Below are positions 27,515-34,975 of a stretch of DNA of 34,975 nt, piece by piece (position 1 is the stretch's first letter; the number at the start of each line of letters is the position of its first letter). The position numbers and the translations under genes are program-made. The notes beneath the pieces are model-generated. The model ran no database searches, was not told the DNA's origin, and worked only from the letters and a program-made list of their open reading frames with translations. The DNA comes from a bacterium (GTDB lineage Bacteria > Bacteroidota > Bacteroidia > Bacteroidales > Bacteroidaceae): NCBI GenBank assembly GCA_963623895.1, contig CAVFOF010000002.1, positions 1-34,975 on the forward strand, in the 5' to 3' direction.

Positions 27515-28600
27515 ATGCGTCACATCAAGTCATACCTTCGCCCCACCTCGCTGATAGCCTCACTAATGGCATTCAGTCTCACGCTTTCAGCTCAAACGGC
27601 TCAAGTGCTTAAGCAGCAATCGTTGGCCAAATGGAACATTGGGGCTGCCCAATATAGCGGTATTACCCCCTTAGGCGGCAATCTCTACGCATTGGTCAGC
27701 GACAAAGAGCCCACCGATGGCTTCTTCCTCTTCCGCATCAATCAGAATGCCACCACGGGCGAAGTGACCCAAGTGTTTCTCGAAGGTTTCAAGGGGAACG
27801 ACCAGCCTAAAGTCGACGCTCAAGGCATTTCCCTACGCGATTGCGAAGGCATTGCCTATGTACCATCCCGACAAACGCTCTTCATCAGCGGTGAGGGCGA
27901 TCAGCGCATCCTTGAATATGGTATGGACGGACAGCCCACGGGCAAAGAGCTCAACGTGCCTAGCATTTTCTCACTTCCCAACATCGTGCCCAACTATGGG
28001 TTCGAAGCATTGTGCTACGACACGTTGCGCCACACCTTCTACACCACCACCGAGAGCACCCTTCCCGCTGATGGCAAAGCCGCTAGTGCTGCCAACCCCG
28101 GCATAGCCAACCTGCTGCGCATCCAAGCTTTCAACGACGAGTTACAACCTTCGGCACAATATGCCTACAAAATGGATGTAGGACGAAAAGAGAATTTTGG
28201 GAAAACCTACGTGATGGGCGTGCCAGAGCTAACTCCTCTGCCCGACGGAAGAATCTTAGTGCTGGAGCGTGAAGCCAACGTCACGGGCAACGGGTTAAAT
28301 AGCTACGTGCGATGTAAACTATTTGTGGTCGACCCGCTACACAACGAGCAAATCGACAGCAGCGTGTCACTCAAGCAAGTGGATTCGAACCATTTTCTAA
28401 CCAAAAAACTCCTTGCCGACTGGACCACCCACGTGCAACCCTTCAACCTCACCTTTGCCAATTACGAGGGCATGTGCCTAGGCCGCACCTTGAGCGACGG
28501 CCGCCTCACCCTACTGCTCGTCAACGACTCACAAGGGGGCTACCGACGAGGACCTTTTCAACTTAAGGACTATATCAAAGTGATAGTAATAGGCAACTAA
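27515..28600 (+). CDS. Secreted esterase-like/phytase-like domain protein
   Basis: Signal peptide, YSGIT, VSD, DCEGIA, NYGFEAL, LVLER, NYEGMCLG. Confidence 0.78.
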   Translation: MRHIKSYLRPTSLIASLMAFSLTLSAQTAQVLKQQSLAKWNIGAAQYSGITPLGGNLYALVSDKEPTDGFFLFRINQNATTGEVTQVFLEGFKGNDQPKVDAQGISLRDCEGIAYVPSRQTLFISGEGDQRILEYGMDGQPTGKELNVPSIFSLPNIVPNYGFEALCYDTLRHTFYTTTESTLPADGKAASAANPGIANLLRIQAFNDELQPSAQYAYKMDVGRKENFGKTYVMGVPELTPLPDGRILVLEREANVTGNGLNSYVRCKLFVVDPLHNEQIDSSVSLKQVDSNHFLTKKLLADWTTHVQPFNLTFANYEGMCLGRTLSDGRLTLLLVNDSQGGYRRGPFQLKDYIKVIVIGN

Positions 28601-28684
28601 AGCCAAGAAAAGCAGCTATTCTACGTACACCCTACGAATATAATGCTTAAATTTGCGGCATAAAACTTACAAAAATAGTTTATT

Positions 28685-29704
28685 ATGCAGAATATAGATT
28701 GGGCCAACCTAAAGTTTGGCTACATACCCACTGACTATAACGTACGTTGCTACTACCGCAACGGGAAATGGGGAGAAATCGAAGTTTCTTCCTCCGATTC
28801 CATCAACATTCACATGGCCGCCACTTGCCTCCACTATGGCCAAGAGGCCTTTGAGGGAATGAAAGCCTTCCGTTGCCCCGACAACAAAATTCGCGCTTTC
28901 CGCATTGCCGACAACGCTGAACGCTTGCAAAGCACCTGCCGCGGCATTTTGATGCCCGAACTGCCCACCGAACTCTTCGTGGAAATGGTGAAGAAGGTGG
29001 TGAAGCTCAATGAGCGTTTCGTGCCCCCCTATGAAAGCGGAGCTGCGCTCTACATTCGTCCCTTGCTCATCGGCACAGGTGCACAAGTAGGCGTACATCC
29101 CGCCGACGAATATCTATTCATGATTTTCGTGTCGCCCGTAGGCCCCTACTTCAAAGGCGGATTTGCCACCAACGACTACGTCATCATTCGCGACTACGAC
29201 CGTGCAGCTCCTCTCGGCACAGGACGCTACAAAATTGGCGGTAACTATGCCGCAAGTCTAGCAGCCAACAAGATTGCCCACGATGCCGGCTACGCCTCAG
29301 AGTTCTACCTCGATGCGAAAGAGAAGAAATACATTGACGAATGCGGAGCTGCCAACTTCTTCGGCATCAAAGACGGAAAATACATCACTCCCGCCTCCAC
29401 CTCAATCCTCCCCTCCATCACCAACCGCAGTTTGCAACAGTTGGCTAAAGACCTCGGCATGGAAGTGGAAGTACGCCCCATCCCCGAAGAAGAACTCGAA
29501 ACATTCGACGAAGCTGGAGCTTGCGGCACAGCAGCCGTAATCAGCCCGATTCGCAAAATCGACGATTTAGCCAATCACAAGAGCTACGTCATTTCTAAGG
29601 ACGGCAAACCTGGGCCTTGGAGCGAAAAACTCTACACACACCTCCGCGCCATTCAGTATGGCACCGAGCCTGACACACACGGATGGATAACCATCATTGA
29701 ATAA
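28685..29704 (+). CDS. ilvE: Branched-chain amino acid aminotransferase
   Basis: LHYGQEAFEGMKAFR, LYIRP, PLP lysine KIGGNY, ILPSIT, CGTAAVISP; TAAATTTG box at 28648-28655. Confidence 0.96.
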   Translation: MQNIDWANLKFGYIPTDYNVRCYYRNGKWGEIEVSSSDSINIHMAATCLHYGQEAFEGMKAFRCPDNKIRAFRIADNAERLQSTCRGILMPELPTELFVEMVKKVVKLNERFVPPYESGAALYIRPLLIGTGAQVGVHPADEYLFMIFVSPVGPYFKGGFATNDYVIIRDYDRAAPLGTGRYKIGGNYAASLAANKIAHDAGYASEFYLDAKEKKYIDECGAANFFGIKDGKYITPASTSILPSITNRSLQQLAKDLGMEVEVRPIPEEELETFDEAGACGTAAVISPIRKIDDLANHKSYVISKDGKPGPWSEKLYTHLRAIQYGTEPDTHGWITIIE

Positions 29705-29752
29705 AGAAAACTACAACGGGCAATGGGCAAAGCCCAAAGCTAACAAATGAAA

Positions 29753-29809
29753 AAAATGTGCAGATGAGGAAACGTGCCTACTACGACAACCTTCTCACCT
29801 GCACATTTT
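29753..29809 (+). terminator. Hairpin after ilvE
   Basis: aaaatgtgcagatgag...ctcacctgcacatttt. Confidence 0.55.
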
Positions 29810-29847
29810 AGTAATTACCCGCAAATAAAGTCAACCAAAAACGCCTT

Positions 29848-30735
29848 ATGAAAAGACTAATTCCGCACCTTCTGCTATCGCTCGTAGCTCTCACCTCACT
29901 AGGAATGGCTACCAGCTGCAATAGCGATAAGAAAAAACTTGAGGACAAAGAAAAAGAACTTGCCGAACTACGCCAACTAGCCGAACTCGACAAAAAAGAA
30001 ATGGAAAACCAATATGCCGAATTTGCCAGCCAATATGGTGAACTGAAAAAAGGCATTAAGGACGACTCGCTAGTAAATCGTCTGAACCAAGAGCAAGCAC
30101 GTGCCGAAGCCCTACTCAAAGAGCTACAAAACACGAAAGCTAACAGCTCGGCCGAAATTCTACGACTAAAACGTGAACTGGCCACCGTACGAGCCGTGCT
30201 CCGCGACTACATCCACCAAGTAGACTCCCTGCAACAGCTCAATCAAGCCCTCATTGGCGAGCGCGACCTCGCTAGAGCCGATGCCGAACGCGTGCGCCAA
30301 GAAAATAGCAACATCCAAGCCGAAAACTCACAACTCAACGAGCGCGTAGCCATTGCCGCACAACTCGACGCCACAGGCATCAGCGTAAGCGCACTCAAGA
30401 AAAACGGAAAACCTGCTAAAAAGAGCAAAGACATTACCAACTTCAGCGTGTCGTTCACCATCACACGCAACGTCACAGCAACGGCTGGAAACCGAAGCAT
30501 CTACGTACGACTGCTCAAGCCCAACCAACAAGTGGTCAACCAAAGCGGAAACTTTAAATACGAAAACCGCTCCATCGGTTACTCTGCTGTGAAGACTATC
30601 GAATACAACGGCAAAGAGCAGCACGTCAATCTCTACATCCCCGTCAACGAATTTCTCAGTGCGGGCAACTACTCAGCCTACATCTTTGCCGATGGGCAAA
30701 TGATTGGCTCAGGAAGCATCAATCTAAGCAAATAA
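29848..30735 (+). CDS. Hypothetical coiled-coil lipoprotein/exported protein
   Basis: Signal peptide ending MATS-C, long coiled coil, beta-rich C-terminal domain. Confidence 0.75.
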   Translation: MKRLIPHLLLSLVALTSLGMATSCNSDKKKLEDKEKELAELRQLAELDKKEMENQYAEFASQYGELKKGIKDDSLVNRLNQEQARAEALLKELQNTKANSSAEILRLKRELATVRAVLRDYIHQVDSLQQLNQALIGERDLARADAERVRQENSNIQAENSQLNERVAIAAQLDATGISVSALKKNGKPAKKSKDITNFSVSFTITRNVTATAGNRSIYVRLLKPNQQVVNQSGNFKYENRSIGYSAVKTIEYNGKEQHVNLYIPVNEFLSAGNYSAYIFADGQMIGSGSINLSK

Positions 30736-30760
30736 TCTCAGCAAATTTTGCCAAAAAATT

Positions 30761-31046
30761 GGGAGCAATACTCCCCCTATAAGTTTACTTGCACTATTTG
30801 CTGTTGCTTGCATAAACTGCTTGCACTACACTGATTATCAGACATTTCAGAAGTGCAAGCAACACATACACTTGCTTGCACTTTGCTTACACTTGCTTGC
30901 ACAATGTAAGCAACCCAGCAGTTGTGTAGGCAGAACTACAATGCTGCTTACACCTTTGAAATGTCTGATAATCAGTGTGAGTGCAAGCAGTTTGTGCAAG
31001 CAACAGCAAATAGTGCAAGTAAACTTACAGGAGGAATATAGCTCCC
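30761..31046. repeat. Long palindromic element, copy B (~100-bp arms)
   Basis: 30761-30861 (gggagcaatactccccctataagtttacttgcactatttgctgttgcttgca...) is a close reverse complement of 30945-31046 (...tgcaagcaacagcaaatagtgcaagtaaacttacaggaggaatatagctccc). Confidence 0.93.
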
Positions 31047-31067
31047 GAAACTACCACAAAATTGCCT

Positions 31068-31187
31068 CAAAATTGGGGGCGACGCGTCCCGCGTCGGCGC
31101 AAGAAGAAACTCAAGAAGAAAAGCTATATATTTTCACTACCTGAGTTTCCACTAGTGCCGACGCAGGACGCGTCGGCCCCAACTTTG
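31068..31187. repeat. REPIN/MITE-like element (two inverted REP-like arms of ~47 bp)
   Basis: caaaattgggggcgacgcgtcccgcgtcggcgcaagaagaaactca ... tgagtttccactagtgccgacgcaggacgcgtcggccccaactttg; the terminal motifs are locally duplicated on both sides. Confidence 0.88.
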
Positions 31188-31203
31188 TGCCCCCAACTTT
31201 GTG

Positions 31204-31280
31204 CTTAGTTGCCTAATAGTTTTTCCTAATGGCCTAATAGTTTTACCTATCCGCCGATTAGTGGTTCACTAGTCGCCGAG
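31204..31280. repeat. Degenerate ~21-bp tandem array, ~4 units
   Basis: gcc cores at 31211, 31232, 31253, 31275; units such as cctaatggcctaatagtttta. Confidence 0.72.
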
Positions 31281-31486
31281 AACGAGGCATTCTAAGAATG
31301 TTCACAAATGTGTACAGAGCCAGTTGTTAACTATAATGTCATGATCCAATAAGCAACAATCCTTAACCCCATCTTATGTCTTTAATATGTAAGCAAAATC
31401 AAACAACAGTTCAAAAAAACTAGGCAGTAAAAGCAAAAACAAGAGAAAAAAACAAAGAAAAAGCACGTATTTGCATAGAAATGTAT

Positions 31487-31494
31487 TATCTTTG
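31487..31494 (+). promoter_or_regulatory. -7 promoter box for the exbB operon
   Basis: TATCTTTG about 95 bp upstream of exbB. Confidence 0.6.
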
Positions 31495-31589
31495 CCCCGT
31501 AAATAGCAACGACAATGCTATGCTTACATTACAATTAATTTGAAATTCAACAAAATTAAAAATTCTACAAACAATTAATCTTTACAACA

Positions 31590-32456
31590 ATGGCAACTAC
31601 AACTGCTAGTGCACCCAAAAGTGCACCAAAAAAACAATCACAAGGCTTCACTGGCATCAAGTCTGGTTTTGCCGTAATCATCGTCTGCGCAATCATTGCA
31701 GTATGTCTCTACCTCTTCGGTGCTGGTCACCTCTCAAACTTCAAGGGTACTGAAGGCGACACCGCCATGTTCTCTGTATTCTCAAAGAACACTTATGAAC
31801 CCGCTGGTATCATCGGTACCGTATACAAAGGTGGTTTCGTTGTGCCTGTAATTTGGACACTCTTCGTAACCGTTGTAGCTCTTGCAATCGAGCGTTTCTT
31901 CGCTATCCGCAACGCTTACGGCCGTTCAAGCCTCACCAAGTTTGTTGCTGACATCAAAGTAGCTCTTAAGCAAAACGACCTCGCTAAGGCTCAAGACCTT
32001 TGCGACAAGCAACGCGGTTCTGTTGCCAACGTAGTAGGCGCAACCCTCCGCAAGTACAAGGAAATGGAAGAAAACACCGTACTCACTAAGGAGCAGAAGG
32101 TGCTCTCTATCCAGAAGGAACTCGAAGAAGCTACCGCTCTCGAAATGCCTATGATGCAAGAAAACTTGCCTATCATCGGTACTATCGTAACTCTCGGTAC
32201 TTTGATGGGTCTGTTCGGTACTGTGTTGGGTATGATTAAGTCATTCTCTGCCATGGGTTCTGGCGAAGGTGGTGCCGACTCTTCTGCACTTTCTGTAGGT
32301 ATCTCTGAGGCACTTGTAAACACCGCTTCTGGTATCGCAACTGGTGCACTCGCAGTAATCACTTACAACTACTACACTAACAAGATCGACCGTTTGACCT
32401 TCAGCCTCGACGAAGTAGGTTTCACCATCGTAGAAACATTCTCTGCAACTCACTAA
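31590..32456 (+). CDS. exbB: MotA/TolQ/ExbB proton channel
   Basis: GTLMGLFGTVLGMIKSF, GISEALVNTASG; first gene of an exbB-exbD-exbD-tonB operon. Confidence 0.9.
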   Translation: MATTTASAPKSAPKKQSQGFTGIKSGFAVIIVCAIIAVCLYLFGAGHLSNFKGTEGDTAMFSVFSKNTYEPAGIIGTVYKGGFVVPVIWTLFVTVVALAIERFFAIRNAYGRSSLTKFVADIKVALKQNDLAKAQDLCDKQRGSVANVVGATLRKYKEMEENTVLTKEQKVLSIQKELEEATALEMPMMQENLPIIGTIVTLGTLMGLFGTVLGMIKSFSAMGSGEGGADSSALSVGISEALVNTASGIATGALAVITYNYYTNKIDRLTFSLDEVGFTIVETFSATH

Positions 32457-32485
32457 TCACACATAAAAAAGGTAATAATTAAGAC

Positions 32486-33097
32486 ATGGGACGTTTTAAA
32501 ATCAAAAAACAAGATACGTTCATAGACATGACGCCTATGAGCGATGTCATGGTCCTGCTGCTTACCTTCTTTATGTTGACTGCAACTTTCGTCAAGGAAG
32601 AACCCATCAAGGTGGTAACGCCGGGTTCAATCTCTGAAATCAAAATTCCTTCGAACAACCTGCTTACCATCTTCGTAGAGAAGAGCGGCAAGGTGTTCAT
32701 GACAATGGACTCGCCCGAGAGCCTCACGAAGCTCGCCGACCAGATGAAGGCCGACGGCAAGCTCGACCTCAACGCCCAGGAAACGAAGGAATTTGCCCAG
32801 GCCGCCACATTCGGCACGCCGCTCAACACCATCCACGGATGGCTCGCCAGCGGCGACAGCAAGAATGAGCTCCTCACAAAGAGCCGCGAAGCCGGCATTC
32901 CTTGCGACAGCGTAAACAATGAGCTGAAGATTTGGGTCGAAGCAGCACGTACAGCGTGCGGCGAAAATATGGGCCTCGCCATCAAGGCGGACAAGTCCAC
33001 TTCCTACGCCGTAATTAAAAGAGTTATGGATTCTCTGCGCGAAATCAAGGAAAATCGTTACAACCTGATTACCTCCCTTAAAGGCGTAGAAGAGTAA
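32486..33097 (+). CDS. exbD: Biopolymer transporter ExbD
   Basis: IDMTPMSDVMVLLLTFFM, IKAD. Confidence 0.9.
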   Translation: MGRFKIKKQDTFIDMTPMSDVMVLLLTFFMLTATFVKEEPIKVVTPGSISEIKIPSNNLLTIFVEKSGKVFMTMDSPESLTKLADQMKADGKLDLNAQETKEFAQAATFGTPLNTIHGWLASGDSKNELLTKSREAGIPCDSVNNELKIWVEAARTACGENMGLAIKADKSTSYAVIKRVMDSLREIKENRYNLITSLKGVEE

Positions 33098-33109
33098 AAA
33101 TTTGAAGTT

Positions 33110-33754
33110 ATGGCAAAATTAGGAGGAAGTAAACAAAAGAAAATGAACTCGCGCGTGGACTTCACGCCGATGGTGGACATGATCATGTTGCTCGTGACGT
33201 TCTTCATGCTTTGTACCACTCTTCTCAAGCCCCAAACAATGGAGATTTCAATGCCTTCTGATAAGGAAGACTTGAAGGAAGAGAACCAAAGCCAAGTTGC
33301 AGCATCAAAGGCCATTACCATCCTCATCGACGAGAACAACACGCTCTACTACTTCAAAGGTAAACCCTCTGGCGGTACCGACATCCCCGATGAAGGTAAA
33401 CTCTTCGCCACTACTTACGGAAAGAACGGCTTGCGCAAAGTGTTGCTCGAAAGCAACCCCCAAGCTGTGAAGGCTGTAGAAGCACTCAAGGCAAAGTATG
33501 CCAAGATGGCCACTTCGAACGTAGAACAAGAGAAAAAGAATAAGGCAAAGTATAAGGAGGAACTCAACAAGATTAAGAATGCCGACTACACCCCTAGTGT
33601 AATCATCAAGGCTTCTGACAATGCCACCTACGACAACCTTATTCAAGTGCTCGACGAAATGCAAATCTGCAGCGTTGGACGCTACGTGATTGACAAATTT
33701 GCTGATGGCGACAGAGCTAAAATCGATGCTCTGAAAAACGGCACAGCGCAGTAA
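33110..33754 (+). CDS. exbD: Biopolymer transporter ExbD (second copy)
   Basis: VDFTPMVDMIMLLVTFFM, VLDEM. Confidence 0.9.
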   Translation: MAKLGGSKQKKMNSRVDFTPMVDMIMLLVTFFMLCTTLLKPQTMEISMPSDKEDLKEENQSQVAASKAITILIDENNTLYYFKGKPSGGTDIPDEGKLFATTYGKNGLRKVLLESNPQAVKAVEALKAKYAKMATSNVEQEKKNKAKYKEELNKIKNADYTPSVIIKASDNATYDNLIQVLDEMQICSVGRYVIDKFADGDRAKIDALKNGTAQ

Positions 33755-33779
33755 TAACAATAAGTGAAGTATTTAATTT

Positions 33780-34643
33780 ATGTCTAAAATAGATTTAGCA
33801 TCGCGCCAATGGTGTGACCTGGTATTCGAAGGACGTAACAAAGAGTACGGAGCTTATCGTGCCCGCGCAAACAAAGGCAAATTCCAACTCCGTGCAATCA
33901 TTATCGTTCTCATCGCCATTGCAGCAGTAGTAGCAATTCTGTTTACTAAAAGCGCAGTAGAAGATGCTTTGTCGAAAGGCAAAGACATGGCTACTGACGA
34001 AATAACAGAGTTGCAAGAACTGAAAAAGGACGAGCCCAAGAAAGAAGAACCTAAAAAGAAAGAACCCGAGCTCGAATACGAGAAGCCCGTGGAAAAGGTG
34101 AACGTGAAATCATCAATCCAGTTCACCGTACCTAAAATCGTTGAAGACGACAAGGTCGACCACTCTAAGGAACTCAAAACCCAAGATGAAGTCACCAAGA
34201 ATAAGTTCGCCATCGCTGCTCAAGACTACGTTAACCCTAACGGCGACAACAGCGGTATCAACATCGACGACTTGAAGGAAAACCAAAGAGCTGGCGGTAC
34301 AACAGTTCCCCCCAAGGAACCCGAAGTTGTAGACAACGCCATCGTAGAAGTGCCCGCTACCTACCCTGGTGGTGAAGCAGCTCTGCTTGCCTTCGTAAGC
34401 AAGAACCTCGTTTACCCCGCCATCGCACAGGAACAAGAACTACAGGGTACTGTAGTACTCCGTTTCAAGGTAGATGTAGATGGTTCCGTAAGTACAGTAA
34501 AGGTTGAAAAATCGCTCTCTCGCGAATGCGACAAGGCCGCAGCCGATGTGGTGAAGAAGCTCCACCGCTTCGTACCCGCCAAGCAACAAGGTCACCCCGT
34601 TCCTGTATGGTTCCGTCTCCCCATCCGTTTCCGCATTCAGTAA
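33780..34643 (+). CDS. tonB: Energy transducer TonB
   Basis: DLVFEGRNKEYGAY, TM, E/K/P-rich linker, TonB_C domain YPGG...YPAIA...QGTVVLRF...PAKQQG. Confidence 0.92.
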   Translation: MSKIDLASRQWCDLVFEGRNKEYGAYRARANKGKFQLRAIIIVLIAIAAVVAILFTKSAVEDALSKGKDMATDEITELQELKKDEPKKEEPKKKEPELEYEKPVEKVNVKSSIQFTVPKIVEDDKVDHSKELKTQDEVTKNKFAIAAQDYVNPNGDNSGINIDDLKENQRAGGTTVPPKEPEVVDNAIVEVPATYPGGEAALLAFVSKNLVYPAIAQEQELQGTVVLRFKVDVDGSVSTVKVEKSLSRECDKAAADVVKKLHRFVPAKQQGHPVPVWFRLPIRFRIQ

Positions 34644-34680
34644 TCTATGCGCTAACGTGATAGCATAAGAAATTTATCAA

Positions 34681-34724
34681 GAGTGAGTGAAAAGTCTCTG
34701 TACTTATTCACTCACTCTTTTTTT
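34681..34724 (+). terminator. Intrinsic terminator after tonB
   Basis: gagtgagtgaa...ttcactcactc followed by a T-tract. Confidence 0.85.
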
Positions 34725-34792
34725 ATAACTATCCAGCGGAAGGGCAACTACTTAGGTGGATTGCATAGAAAAGGCATTTACGAAAACAACCC

Positions 34793-34975
34793 CAAAATTG
34801 GGAGCGACGCATCCCCGCGTCGGCGCAAGTGGAAACGCTAGAAAGAAACAAAGCTAGAAGGAAATTATCACAAAATTGGGGGCGACGCGTCCCCGCGTCG
34901 GCGCAAGAAGAAACACTAAAAAAACAATGCTAGAAGGAAATCCTATAAAAAAAGGAGTTTCCACTTGCGCCGACG
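34793..34975. repeat. REP-like cluster: two direct 78-bp-period units plus a truncated inverted arm
   Basis: Units start at 34793 and 34871 (caaaattggg.gcgacgc.tccccgcgtcggcgcaag); the window ends in the inverted arm gtttccacttgcgccgacg. Confidence 0.88.

Noticed and set aside
30831..30975. CTGATAATCAG as a Fur box controlling exbB-exbD-tonB
   Set aside because: Only a partial match to the Fur consensus, about 500 bp from the promoter, and the same motif occurs in copy A away from iron genes.
32486..33754. Two exbD genes as an unusual duplication
   Set aside because: exbB-exbD-exbD-tonB is a common arrangement in Bacteroidetes.
34793..34975. Direct repeats with a 78-bp period resembling a CRISPR array
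   Set aside because: The 'spacers' are similar to each other, the third unit is inverted, copies are dispersed elsewhere, and no cas genes are present.

Overview
A 35-kb stretch of mostly core chromosome from a Bacteroidales bacterium, probably Prevotellaceae (Prevotella/Alloprevotella-like). The assignment rests on Bacteroidetes TAnnTTTG -7 promoter boxes, a short RpoD lacking region 1.1, AT-rich starts without Shine-Dalgarno sites, and the gene content. The window opens in a 5'-truncated type I restriction-modification specificity subunit (hsdS). It then carries ftsB, two tandem APC amino-acid permeases, rpoD, a glsA/glsB-like amino-lipid acyltransferase pair, rpmH (missed by the ORF track), trpS, pflA, a LuxR regulator, psd-pssA, folP-cdaA, murF, an ECF sigma factor with a small downstream ORF, a radical SAM gene, PASTA-rluD-ddl, an acyltransferase/lipoprotein/DUF2156/GNAT/phytase-like run, ilvE and exbB-exbD-exbD-tonB. 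The most unusual content is non-coding. (i) Two homologous ~230-290-bp palindromic elements have 85-100-bp arms that covary within each copy and are built from TGCTTGCAC motifs. (ii) A 21-bp-period tandem array follows each of them. (iii) A dispersed REP/REPIN-like family (CAAAATTGGGGGCGACGCGTCCC(C)GCGTCGGC) occurs at four loci. No tRNA, rRNA, CRISPR array or transposase was recognised. All calls come from reading the sequence; no database searches were run.
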